Assembly: GCA_003215185.1 (NCBI GenBank)
Contig: QCKR01000001.1
Coordinates: 21,020 to 85,019 of the forward strand
Length of the DNA: 64,000 nt
Direction of reading: 5' to 3'
Origin: Pelagibacteraceae bacterium AG-410-D23
GTDB taxonomy: Bacteria; Pseudomonadota; Alphaproteobacteria; Pelagibacterales; Pelagibacteraceae
Position numbers and translations under genes: made by a program. Positions 31,362 to 41,280 of the stretch are shown piece after piece (the stretch's first letter is position 1; the number at the start of each line of letters is the position of its first letter). The notes beneath the pieces were generated by a model. It saw only the letters and a program-made list of their open reading frames with translations, made no database searches and was not told where the DNA came from.

Positions 31362-32736
31362 TCATTTTATTAGGATCAACTATTTTTTTATAATCTTTTT
31401 CTGTAATTAGTCCAGATTTTAAAGCTTCCTGTTTTAGAGTTGTATTATTTTTCAAAGCTTTTTTTGCAATTTTTGCAGCATTGTCATATCCAATTTTAGG
31501 AGCTAATGCAGTAATTAGCATTAATGAATTATCTAGATGTTCTTTTATTTTTTTTATATCTGCTTTTAAGTCTTTGATGCAATAAAGAGCAAAATTTTTT
31601 GAACTATCTGCAAGTAGATCTATTGATTGTAAAATATTATGAGCAATTAGTGGTTTGAAAACATTAAGTTCAAAATGTCCATGAGAACCTGCCATTGTTA
31701 TACCATTGTGATTTCCTATTACTTTAGCGCAAACCATTGTTACAGCTTCGGATTGTGTTGGGTTTACTTTTCCAGGCATAATCGAAGAGCCGGGTTCATT
31801 GGTTGGTAATATTAATTCACCGTATCCAGCTCGCGGACCTGAACCTAAAAATCTTATATCATTTGCAATTTTCATTAAACAAACCGCTGTAGTATTTAAG
31901 GTGCCAGAATAATTTACTATTGGATCATGAGCCGCTAAAGCAGCAAATTTATTTTTTGCAGGTTTAAATGGTAGTTTTGTTATTTTTTTTATTTCTCTGA
32001 TAATTTTTTTATCAAAATTTTTTTTTGTATTTAAGCCTGTTCCAACAGCAGTCCCACCTTGTGCCAAAAAATAAATTTCATTTAAAGAAATATTTATTCT
32101 TTTAATACATGCTTCTAACTGTGACTGATAGCCTGAAAATTCTTGTCCTAAAGAAAGCGGAGTTGCATCTTGAAGATGAGTTCTTCCTACTTTAATTACT
32201 TTTTTAAATTTACTTACTTTTTTTTTAAGTTCATTATTTAATAAAATTAAGGAAGGTAATAATTTTTTTTTTGTTTCAATAGCTATAGCAATATGCATTG
32301 CTGTGGGAAAAACATCATTGGTTGATTGAGATTTGTTTACGTGATCATTTGGATGTACAGGTTTTTTTGTTCCTTTTTTACCTCCTAAAATTTCAATAGC
32401 TCTATTTGCTATCACCTCATTTACATTCATGTTTGTTTGTGTACCAGAGCCTGTTTGCCAAACTTTAAGAGGAAAATGATCATTTAATCTATCTTGAACA
32501 ATTTCGTTTGCAGCTCTTATAATTGTATTTGCAATTTTAGGCTCAATTTGCTTTTCATTTTTATGAACTATTGCTGCAGCTTTTTTAATGATAGCTATTG
32601 ATTTTATTAAAATATTTTTTACAAAAAACTCACCTATATCAAAGTATTTTTTAGATCTTTGGGTAGAAGCACCCCAATATTTATCCCCAGGTACATCAAT
32701 GGATCCAATACTATCGTATTCTTTTCTTTTTTTCAT
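31348..32736 (-). CDS. fumC: Class II fumarate hydratase
   Basis: WGASTQRS, QTGSGTQTNMN, GRTHLQDA, GSSIMPGKVNPTQ. Confidence 0.98.
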   Translation of the reverse strand: MKKRKEYDSIGSIDVPGDKYWGASTQRSKKYFDIGEFFVKNILIKSIAIIKKAAAIVHKNEKQIEPKIANTIIRAANEIVQDRLNDHFPLKVWQTGSGTQTNMNVNEVIANRAIEILGGKKGTKKPVHPNDHVNKSQSTNDVFPTAMHIAIAIETKKKLLPSLILLNNELKKKVSKFKKVIKVGRTHLQDATPLSLGQEFSGYQSQLEACIKRINISLNEIYFLAQGGTAVGTGLNTKKNFDKKIIREIKKITKLPFKPAKNKFAALAAHDPIVNYSGTLNTTAVCLMKIANDIRFLGSGPRAGYGELILPTNEPGSSIMPGKVNPTQSEAVTMVCAKVIGNHNGITMAGSHGHFELNVFKPLIAHNILQSIDLLADSSKNFALYCIKDLKADIKKIKEHLDNSLMLITALAPKIGYDNAAKIAKKALKNNTTLKQEALKSGLITEKDYKKIVDPNKMIKPS

Positions 32737-32827
32737 AGTTTAAAAATTAATCACAATACTCTATTTCTTATACAATAAATAAATAAAAAATCATAGTAGA
32801 CACAGTTTACTAACTGAGAGGAATAAA

Positions 32828-33199
32828 ATGACAAATTTTGAAAAAGTTGGTCTCTTTATGAAAACATTTGGCCAGGAAGTAAAAACTAAACCTAGTTTAA
32901 GTAGTGACAAAATAAATTCACTAAGATTAAGCTTAATAAATGAAGAATTAGAAGAACTAAAAAAAGCCATGCTAGACAATAATATTGTTGAAGTAGCAGA
33001 TGCTCTTACAGACATTTTATATGTTACTTATGGAGCTGGCCATGCATTTGGAATAAATTTAGATAAATGTTTTAATGAAGTTCAAGATTCAAACATGAGT
33101 AAACTAGATGAAAATGGTAGGCCAATTTATAATGAACATGGGAAAGTAATGAAAGGACCAAAATATTTTAAACCAGATTTAAGTAAATTTACTAAATAA
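32828..33199 (+). CDS. MazG-like/PRA-PH family nucleotide pyrophosphohydrolase
   Basis: LINEELEEL...EVADALTDILYV..G, SNMSK, GKVMKGP; SD GAGGA. Confidence 0.85.
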   Translation: MTNFEKVGLFMKTFGQEVKTKPSLSSDKINSLRLSLINEELEELKKAMLDNNIVEVADALTDILYVTYGAGHAFGINLDKCFNEVQDSNMSKLDENGRPIYNEHGKVMKGPKYFKPDLSKFTK

Positions 33200-33203
33200 A
33201 TTG

Positions 33204-33875
33204 TTAATAGTTTTTTAAAGATTTTTTTCTGCTATCTATTTTTCTTCTTATAAAAAAATAAATTTTCTGTACTAAGTTAAAGTTAATTTTGTTTTTCATA
33301 TTTAATTTACTATTAGTTTGTTTGAGAGTTTTTATTTCAGATCTATCTTCTAAAAAATCTTTATGATTTTTGAATGAATCAAAAGACAAAGTTAAAGCAT
33401 GCTCAAAATATTTAATTTGTTTTTCCCAAATCAAATGATTAAAATTACAAACATCTAAATTCTGATCAATTTCTGGATAAAATTTTTTGTATCTTTCGTA
33501 AAGCTCATTCCATCCTAAATAATAATTATTTTTTTTTGCTTTTTCATACGAACGAAGTATTTCTTCAGGATTTCTATGTAGATACAAAAATAAAGTATTT
33601 TTGTTGTTAAATTTAGTTCTCCTATAAACAAATTCATTTGTATTACAAAAAAAATTATTATTTTTTTTAATAAAAAATTTTAAATAAGAATAATGTTTTC
33701 CTATAAAATATTCTTCAGGAAATATTTTATTTTGATCAAATTCAAGATATTCCGATAAAGCTTTTGTAACAAAAGTTGAACCTGACCTTGCTTGAGAAAA
33801 TAAGACTACATTTTTTAATTTATTTTTAACAAAATAATTTTTTACTTCTTTATAGCTTTTTAGATTTAATACCAT
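33204..33875 (-). CDS. Sulfotransferase-like P-loop protein (putative)
   Basis: SQARSGSTFV resembles a 5'-PAPS loop; YLHRNPEEILRS resembles the 3'-PB motif. Confidence 0.5.
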   Translation of the reverse strand: MVLNLKSYKEVKNYFVKNKLKNVVLFSQARSGSTFVTKALSEYLEFDQNKIFPEEYFIGKHYSYLKFFIKKNNNFFCNTNEFVYRRTKFNNKNTLFLYLHRNPEEILRSYEKAKKNNYYLGWNELYERYKKFYPEIDQNLDVCNFNHLIWEKQIKYFEHALTLSFDSFKNHKDFLEDRSEIKTLKQTNSKLNMKNKINFNLVQKIYFFIRRKIDSRKKSLKNY

Positions 33876-33956
33876 TAAGGCTTTTAAAATATAATCAAAC
33901 TGATAACATGCATTAAATTTATATTCAAATGTAAATTAATTTAACATATATTTTTT

Positions 33957-34952
33957 ATGAAAAAAATAATTAATGATCCTGGCAATTTTGTCGAAGAGTC
34001 CATTGAAGGTTTGGTAAAATCTCATCCTGATATTTATTCATTTGCAAAAGACAATAGAAGAGTAATAACAAGAGCAACAAAAGAAAAAAATAAAGTTGGT
34101 ATTGTTACTGGAGGAGGATCAGGCCATCTTCCAGTTTTTACGGGTTATATTGGAAAAGGTTTTTTAGACGCTTGTGCAGTAGGATCTGTCTTTGCTTCAC
34201 CTTCTGTAGAACAAATAGCTTCAGCTATTAGAAACGCTGATAATGGTAAAGGTGTTTTATGTGTACTAGGCAATTATGGTGGAGATGTAATGAATTTTGA
34301 AATGGCATGTGAAATAACTGGATCAGAAGGAATTAAAACAAAAACTGTAATTGTTGCAGATGATATTGCAAGTGCCAGTATCGAAGAAAAGTTAAAACGA
34401 AGAGGTATTGCTGGAATGATTTTTGTATTTAAAGTTGCTGGTGCAATAGCCGAAACAGGCGCAAGTCTTGAAGATACATTTAATTTAGCATCCTTGGCTA
34501 ACAACAGTATTAGAACAATTGGTGTAGCAGTATCACCATGTATCTTACCAGAAGCAGGAAAACCAACTTTTGAAATTAGTGATGATGAAATAGAAATTGG
34601 AATGGGAATACATGGAGAACCGGGTATTAAAAGAGAAAAAATAAGAAAAGCTGATCCACTAGTCGACGATCTTTGTAAAAGAATTTTAGATGATTTTAGA
34701 TTAAAAAGTAATGATGAAATTGCAATAATGATAAACAGTTTGGGAGCAACACCACTTGAAGAATTGTATATTACATCTAAAAGGGTTCATGAAAATTTTT
34801 TAAAACTGAATATTAAAATTATTAAATCTTACATTGGAAGATATGCTACCTCAATGGAGATGGCCGGAATGTCTATTACTTTATTTAAAATAGATGGAGA
34901 TTTGAAAAAATATTTATTTTCTAAAAGCGAATGTCCTTTTTGGACTAATTGA
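33957..34952 (+). CDS. dhaK: Dihydroxyacetone kinase family, DhaK subunit
   Basis: GGGSGH, VFASP, NYGGDVMNF, RRGIAG, GMGIHGEPG, TSMEMAG. Confidence 0.9.
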   Translation: MKKIINDPGNFVEESIEGLVKSHPDIYSFAKDNRRVITRATKEKNKVGIVTGGGSGHLPVFTGYIGKGFLDACAVGSVFASPSVEQIASAIRNADNGKGVLCVLGNYGGDVMNFEMACEITGSEGIKTKTVIVADDIASASIEEKLKRRGIAGMIFVFKVAGAIAETGASLEDTFNLASLANNSIRTIGVAVSPCILPEAGKPTFEISDDEIEIGMGIHGEPGIKREKIRKADPLVDDLCKRILDDFRLKSNDEIAIMINSLGATPLEELYITSKRVHENFLKLNIKIIKSYIGRYATSMEMAGMSITLFKIDGDLKKYLFSKSECPFWTN

Positions 34953-34953
34953 A

Positions 34954-35541
34954 ATGCTTAATAAAAAAATTTTAATAAGCATTTTTGAAAAATTACTTAA
35001 TAAAGCTAAAAGTTCTTATGATTCATTTAATGCAGCCGATGGTCAAATTGGGGATGGTGATTTAGGCGTTACAATCTTACATGGATTAGAAGAAATAAAT
35101 AACAATATTAGTAAATTTACCGACGATATGGGTTTTAACTTTAAACTTTGCTCACAGGCATTTGTTAAGAAATCTGGATCTAGTTTTGGAACATTGATTG
35201 CTTTTTCTTTCATGAATATTTCAAAAAATTTAAAAGGAAAATCAGAGTGTAATCATGAAGAAATAGTAAATATTTTTGAAACAGCATTAAAAACAATACT
35301 TGAAAGAGGAAAAACAAACTTAGGCGATAAAACAATAGCAGATAGTTTAAATTTAATAATAAATAAACTAAAAGATAACCAAAATTATTCTGAAGTATTC
35401 AAAACAGCAACAAAACAAGCATTACAAGATTTTAAGGGTAAAAAAATTAAAATTGGAAGAGCAAGGATGTTTGAGGATAAAACAAAGGATTTAGATGATC
35501 CAGGAATGTTTGCCTTAAATAGATTAACCGAAGCTTTTTAA
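34954..35541 (+). CDS. dhaL: Dihydroxyacetone kinase family, DhaL (DAK2) subunit
   Basis: DGQIGDGDLG, GDKTIAD, GRAR, DPG. Confidence 0.88.
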   Translation: MLNKKILISIFEKLLNKAKSSYDSFNAADGQIGDGDLGVTILHGLEEINNNISKFTDDMGFNFKLCSQAFVKKSGSSFGTLIAFSFMNISKNLKGKSECNHEEIVNIFETALKTILERGKTNLGDKTIADSLNLIINKLKDNQNYSEVFKTATKQALQDFKGKKIKIGRARMFEDKTKDLDDPGMFALNRLTEAF

Positions 35542-35580
35542 AGATATTTGACAACAGAACGATCTTGAATTTTTCATTAT

Positions 35581-37491
35581 TTATTTTATTTTAAACCAAT
35601 CATTTTTATATATTTTATTTCCCAAATATTTTGCACCAGCAATAGTGTAATGATCTCTGTCAAAATTAATCTTTTCTCCATTATTCGTAAAAATTTCACA
35701 AGTTTTTTCTTCATGATTGCAGAGATATAATTCTTTATCTAATATTCTCACATTGTTTTTCATTGCTAATAATTTTAGAAATTTGTTTGTTGAATTGATA
35801 GATTTATTATTAATATAACTGTTATAATATTTTTTTTTATATTTAATAATTTCATTTTCATTTGGCAATCTTCCATTTGATAAAATGAACTTGTCAATCA
35901 TTGTAAATCTTCCAAATGTTTTAAACTCAGGAGCTGAAGTAGTTAAAATTATTTTTTTGTCACTTTTTTTTAAATTTATTAATATTTTCTCTAATTTTTC
36001 TTTGTCTAAATCTCTCCAACGAGTAGATAAAACGATAACATCAGAGTTTGCAAAATTATTTAAATGTGTTTGGTCTACTTTTTCATTGCAAAATGTTTTG
36101 TCTATAAGGAATGATTCTAAGCAATAAATTTCAACTCCAATTCTAGAAAATTGATATTCTGTAAAGAGTTCTTCATTAAGTTTAAATATATTAAATGTAT
36201 CTTGACCATGTGAATTACCAATAATTAATATTTTTTTCTTTTTATTTACTTCAAAAGAGGAAATTTTTTCTTTTGAGTTATATTTTTGTCTTTCTTTTAA
36301 ATAAAAACCATTATCTAAATTTATTTTATCGAAAACATATCTATTATCGAAACCATTATTTTTAATTACATATATATTAACTAAAATTAGTGGAACTACT
36401 AAAATAAGCAAAAATTTTATCAGAAGCTGAACAGACATTTTTTTTCTATTTCTAAAAGGTCTTTCAACAAAAAAAAAAGTAAATATAGATGCCAAAATTA
36501 TAAAAATTATAATTAATATTTTTTTTAGTAAACTGCCTGATGCTAAAGAATATCTAAATAAAGCAAAAACTGGATAATGCCAAAGATAAAGAGAATAAGA
36601 AATTAAACCAGTTCCAACAAATATTTTTGATGAAAATATTTTAGTAATTATTTCATCTTTGTGAGCAAACCATATAATTAAGCAAACACCTATAATTGGT
36701 GTTAATGTATAAGCAGATGGATGAAGAGTGTCATCATTGTAAAAAACAATTGCATGACCTATTAAAATTATTCCCAGAAGTGTTAAAATTCTATTAATCA
36801 ACTTGTTTGAAAAAAACCATCTTCTTTGATTTTTAATTTCCAAATAAGCTAAAATAGAACCTGCTAACAATTCCCACATTCTAGTGTGTAAAAAATAAAA
36901 ACTAGCAGAAGGAAATTTGACACTAGTCCAGCTAGCTATAAAAAAACTTATAACCAATGCAATTAACAACAAAATAAGTAAATTTTTTTTGAAAAATTTA
37001 TAAATAATTAATAAAAGTACAGGGAAAACAATATAATACTGTTCCTCAACAGATAATGACCATGTATGAAGAAAAGGTTTTAACAATCCTTCTAACGCTC
37101 CATACTCAAGCCCTGTAAAATGAAAATAAAAATTAGAACTAAATCCGATTGAATACAAAATAGATTTTGAAAAATCAACATAATCAGTTGGTAGCAAGTA
37201 AACCCAAGCAAGTGGCAATGACGCCAACATAATAAAAAATAATGCAGGGAGTATTCTTCTAGCTCTTCTCTGATAAAAATAGAGGAATGAAAAATTACCA
37301 GTTGTATTTAGTTCTTTAAGAATTAATGATGTTATTAAATAACCTGAGATAACAAGAAATATGTCTACCCCAATAAATCCACCTTGAAAGAAGTTTTGAT
37401 CCAAAATCGTAATTCTTGCGTGATAAAGAATTACTGCAATTACAGCCACAGCTCTTAAACCATCTATTTCTGGCCTGTAAGTTAATTTCAT
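35581..37491 (-). CDS. OafA-like acyltransferase_3 with C-terminal SGNH domain
   Basis: YRPEIDGLRA, GGFIGVDIF, RRARRILP, HTWSLSVEEQYY, SYSLYLWH; SGNH GNSH...DRDH. Confidence 0.92.
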   Translation of the reverse strand: MKLTYRPEIDGLRAVAVIAVILYHARITILDQNFFQGGFIGVDIFLVISGYLITSLILKELNTTGNFSFLYFYQRRARRILPALFFIMLASLPLAWVYLLPTDYVDFSKSILYSIGFSSNFYFHFTGLEYGALEGLLKPFLHTWSLSVEEQYYIVFPVLLLIIYKFFKKNLLILLLIALVISFFIASWTSVKFPSASFYFLHTRMWELLAGSILAYLEIKNQRRWFFSNKLINRILTLLGIILIGHAIVFYNDDTLHPSAYTLTPIIGVCLIIWFAHKDEIITKIFSSKIFVGTGLISYSLYLWHYPVFALFRYSLASGSLLKKILIIIFIILASIFTFFFVERPFRNRKKMSVQLLIKFLLILVVPLILVNIYVIKNNGFDNRYVFDKINLDNGFYLKERQKYNSKEKISSFEVNKKKKILIIGNSHGQDTFNIFKLNEELFTEYQFSRIGVEIYCLESFLIDKTFCNEKVDQTHLNNFANSDVIVLSTRWRDLDKEKLEKILINLKKSDKKIILTTSAPEFKTFGRFTMIDKFILSNGRLPNENEIIKYKKKYYNSYINNKSINSTNKFLKLLAMKNNVRILDKELYLCNHEEKTCEIFTNNGEKINFDRDHYTIAGAKYLGNKIYKNDWFKIK

Positions 37492-37676
37492 GACTTAAAT
37501 TTTTTCATTAACTATTTTTTTTCCACTTCACTTTCTCTGCAAAAAAAATATTTTTCATAAAATTAGTAATCTAAATTTCTATATACAATGTTATTCGGCT
37601 TTTATTAACAAGAATATATATTATCTAGATCAAAATTCTCGAATGATAAATTAGAAAATTGTGTTATTTTACTTTA

Positions 37677-39152
37677 ATGAATAAAACATCAGTAGATATT
37701 GAAAGTATAGGTTGGCATTTTGATAACACTTATTCTCGATTACCCGACACAATGTTATCAAGAATTAGACCAGTGCCTGTAAAAAAACCAAGTATAGCTA
37801 TACTGAACCATGAGTTATCTAAAGAACTTGATTTAGATCTTTCTGTAGTTAATGATGATGTTTTATCATTGATATTTTCAGGAAATGTATTGCCTGACAA
37901 ATCTAATTGTATAGCACAAGCTTATGCCGGTCATCAATTTGGACACTTTACTATTTTGGGAGATGGTAGAGCAGTTGTAATTGGTGAACATCTTTCAAAA
38001 AAGAATCAAAGATTTGATATTCAATTTAAAGGTTCTGGACAAACTCCATTTTCAAGAAATGGCGATGGTAGAGCAGCACTAGGTCCAATGCTAAGAGAAT
38101 ATATTATTAGTGAAGCTATGCATTATTTAGGAATTCCAACTACAAGAAGTTTAGCTGTAGTTAAAACAGGGGAAACCGTAATGCGTGAAACACCTTTGCA
38201 AGGAGCAATATTAACTCGTGTTGCGGCTAGCCATATTCGTGTTGGTACATTTCAATATTTAATTGCAACCAATAATGAAGAAAATTTAAAAACTTTGCTT
38301 AATTATTCGATAGATCGACATTATCCAGATATTAAAAATACTGATAATCTAGCACTTAATTTTTTAAAAACAGTAATAAGCAAACAATCAAAACTAGTTA
38401 TTGATTGGATGAGGGTTGGTTTTATTCATGGAGTGATGAATACTGACAATATGACAATATCTGGTGAAACAATAGATTATGGTCCCTGTGCTTTTATGGA
38501 TGATTATAATCCTGAAACAGTTTTTAGTTCGATAGATCTTCAAGGACGTTATTCTTTTTTTAATCAACCAGGAATTACTAAATGGAATTTAGCAAGACTA
38601 GCAGAATCTCTCATTCCCTTAATTGATAATAATAAAGATAAAGCAATAAAGATTGCTACTGAAACTTTAAATAGTTTCGATGAATTTTATAAAAAAAATT
38701 GGCTAAGCATGATGAGAAAAAAATTAGGTTTATTTGGCGAAGAACCAAATGATGAAAGTTTAATTTTTAATTTATTAAGTTGGATGAATCAAAATAAAGC
38801 TGACTATACAAATACTTTTTGTTTTTTGATGAATGAAAATTTTGCTAGTAACGATATTTATAAAAATCAAGATTTTATGAGTTGGAAAAAAAAATGGCAA
38901 AATAGATTAAATATTAAAAATAACTCTTTTGAAAAATCTTTAAAATTAATGCGCTCTGTAAATCCATTAATTATTCCAAGAAATCACAAAGTTGAAGAAG
39001 CTTTAGAAGCTGCCAATAATAATAATTTAAATCCCATTAATAATTTAATTGAGATTTTAAAAAACCCTTACCAAATTCAAGAAAAAAATAGTGAATACTG
39101 TTACCCTTCTCCAGAAAGTGATAAAAAATATCAAACTTTTTGTGGAACATGA
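37677..39152 (+). CDS. selO: Protein adenylyltransferase SelO (YdiU)
   Basis: AYAGHQFG, LGDGRA, KGSG.TPFSR.GDGRA, HGVMNTDN, IDYGP, C-terminal TFCGT. Confidence 0.95.
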   Translation: MNKTSVDIESIGWHFDNTYSRLPDTMLSRIRPVPVKKPSIAILNHELSKELDLDLSVVNDDVLSLIFSGNVLPDKSNCIAQAYAGHQFGHFTILGDGRAVVIGEHLSKKNQRFDIQFKGSGQTPFSRNGDGRAALGPMLREYIISEAMHYLGIPTTRSLAVVKTGETVMRETPLQGAILTRVAASHIRVGTFQYLIATNNEENLKTLLNYSIDRHYPDIKNTDNLALNFLKTVISKQSKLVIDWMRVGFIHGVMNTDNMTISGETIDYGPCAFMDDYNPETVFSSIDLQGRYSFFNQPGITKWNLARLAESLIPLIDNNKDKAIKIATETLNSFDEFYKKNWLSMMRKKLGLFGEEPNDESLIFNLLSWMNQNKADYTNTFCFLMNENFASNDIYKNQDFMSWKKKWQNRLNIKNNSFEKSLKLMRSVNPLIIPRNHKVEEALEAANNNNLNPINNLIEILKNPYQIQEKNSEYCYPSPESDKKYQTFCGT

Positions 39153-40288
39153 AAAAACCTTTTAAAATTAATATTTCCAACAATATAATTGAAGAAATTA
39201 AAACAAAAGTAGCAAATTACCCATGGCACGAAATGCCAGAAGATGGTGGCTGGGATTATGGCACTAACCTTGAGTATATGAAAGAAATTTCAAAATATTG
39301 GGTAGATAAATTTAGTTGGAAAAAAACCGAAGAAAAATTAAATAAATTTAAAAACTTTAAATCAAATATAGATGGTATTGATATTCATTTTATTTATGAA
39401 AAAGGAAGTGGATTAAACCCAAAACCATTATTATTAAGTCATGGATGGCCAGGGTCAATTATAGAATTTTTACATATTATAGATAAACTTTCTCATCCTG
39501 AAAAATATGGTGGTAATAAAGAAGATTCTTTTGATGTTGTGGTTCCATCATTACCAGGTTTTGGTTTTTCAAGCAGGCCTTCAAAACCTATTGGTCCAAG
39601 AAAAATGGCATACATATTTAATTCGCTAATGATTGATGTTCTTGGATATGAAAAATATATAGCACAAGGAGGAGATTTTGGTGGAACAATCTGCACTTGG
39701 CTTGCGTACGATTTTCCAAAATATTTGATAGGAATACATATTAATATTTTAATTACACGTCATCCAGATGGACCACAAACAAAGGAAGAAAAAGAATGGC
39801 AAGAAAGATTTAAGGTAGAACAAAGAATAGAAGATGGCTACAGAACTCAGCAAGCAACAAAACCTCAAACATTAAGTTATGCAATGATGGACAGTCCAGT
39901 TGGGGTAGCAGCATGGATAATTGAAAAGATGAGGGGTTGGTCCGATATAAAAAATGAAGATATTGAAAGTATTTATACTAAGGATATCTTGCTATCAAAC
40001 ATAATGGTTTATTTAGTAACTAAGACTTTTAATACTGCTTCTTGGATTTATTATGGAAGAAGATTAGAAGGTGGAAGATCGCTTCCTAAAGAACATCTTC
40101 CATTAAAAGTTCCAACAGCAGCAGCAATATTTCCAAAAGAGTATTTGGAATGGGCTCCTAGATCTTATGTTGAAAGAATTTATAATATTCAACGTTGGAC
40201 TGAAATGCCAAAAGGTGGTCATTTTGCAGCGCTAGAACAACCAGATTTATTAATAAAAGATATTAGAGATTTTGCAAATACTTTATGA
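39149..40288 (+). CDS. Epoxide hydrolase (microsomal-type alpha/beta hydrolase)
   Basis: EHN-like N-terminus, HGWPGS, PSLPGFGFS, QGGDFG nucleophile, GGHFAALE. Confidence 0.9.
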   Translation: MKKPFKINISNNIIEEIKTKVANYPWHEMPEDGGWDYGTNLEYMKEISKYWVDKFSWKKTEEKLNKFKNFKSNIDGIDIHFIYEKGSGLNPKPLLLSHGWPGSIIEFLHIIDKLSHPEKYGGNKEDSFDVVVPSLPGFGFSSRPSKPIGPRKMAYIFNSLMIDVLGYEKYIAQGGDFGGTICTWLAYDFPKYLIGIHINILITRHPDGPQTKEEKEWQERFKVEQRIEDGYRTQQATKPQTLSYAMMDSPVGVAAWIIEKMRGWSDIKNEDIESIYTKDILLSNIMVYLVTKTFNTASWIYYGRRLEGGRSLPKEHLPLKVPTAAAIFPKEYLEWAPRSYVERIYNIQRWTEMPKGGHFAALEQPDLLIKDIRDFANTL

Positions 40289-41277
40289 ATTTAGAAGAAT
40301 TTATAAAAAAATCACCTAAAGCTGAATTACATTTACATATTGAAGGTACTTTAGAACCTGAACTTATGTTTTCTCTAGCAAAAAGAAACAATGTGGAAAT
40401 TTCATTTAAAAATATTGATGATGTAAAAAAAGCATATAATTTTAATAATTTAGATTCTTTTTTAAAAATTTATTATGAAGGAGCTAAAGTATTAATAAAT
40501 GAAAAAGATTTTTTTGATCTTACTTGGGCTTACGCATTGAAATGCAAAGAAGAAAATATAGTTCATACAGAAATATTTTTTGATCCGCAAACACACACCG
40601 ACAGAGGAATTAGTTTTGATATTGTCATTAATGGAATCTATAAAGCGCTTCAAAAAGCCAAAAATGAGTTCAATTTAAGTTTTAAAATTATTATGTGTTT
40701 TTTGAGACATTTAGATGAAGATTCTGGCTTTAAAGTTTTAAACCAGGCACTTTTACATAAAGATAAAATTTTTGGAGTTGGATTAGACTCATCAGAAACA
40801 GGTAATCCTCCAAACAAATTTAAAAGATTGTTTAAAAAGGCTTTAGAAAATAATTTTGTGACTGTAGCTCATGCTGGTGAGGAAGGACCTCCTGAATACA
40901 TCTGGGAAGCTTTAAATCATCTTAGTGTAAAAAGAATTGATCATGGAGTTCAATGTCTTAAAGATCATAAATTAGTTGAAGAATTATCAAAAACTCAAAT
41001 TCCATTAACTGTATGCCCACTTTCAAATATAAAATTAAGAGTATTTAATAATCTAAAGGATCACAATTTAAAAAAAATGTTAGATAAGAAATTAATGGTT
41101 ATGGTTAACTCAGATGATCCAGCTTATTTTGGGGGGTATTTAAATAAAAATTTAATTGAAATACAAATAGCACTAAATCTTTCAAAAGAAGATGTAAAAA
41201 TACTTTTAGTTAATTCTTTTAAATCTTCTTTTTTAAATGAAAAAAAAAAAATAGAATGGATTTCAAAAATTAGTTAG
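40285..41277 (+). CDS. Adenine/adenosine deaminase
   Basis: PKAELHLHIEGTLEPE, HAGEE, RIDHG, CPLSN, NSDDPAYF. Confidence 0.92.
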   Translation: MNLEEFIKKSPKAELHLHIEGTLEPELMFSLAKRNNVEISFKNIDDVKKAYNFNNLDSFLKIYYEGAKVLINEKDFFDLTWAYALKCKEENIVHTEIFFDPQTHTDRGISFDIVINGIYKALQKAKNEFNLSFKIIMCFLRHLDEDSGFKVLNQALLHKDKIFGVGLDSSETGNPPNKFKRLFKKALENNFVTVAHAGEEGPPEYIWEALNHLSVKRIDHGVQCLKDHKLVEELSKTQIPLTVCPLSNIKLRVFNNLKDHNLKKMLDKKLMVMVNSDDPAYFGGYLNKNLIEIQIALNLSKEDVKILLVNSFKSSFLNEKKKIEWISKIS

Positions 41278-41280
41278 CAA

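Noticed and set aside
39141-39152. SelO ending in C-G-T-TGA as possible selenocysteine read-through
   Set aside because: FCGT-stop is a normal bacterial SelO terminus; the TGA overlaps the next ATG and no SECIS-like hairpin is evident.
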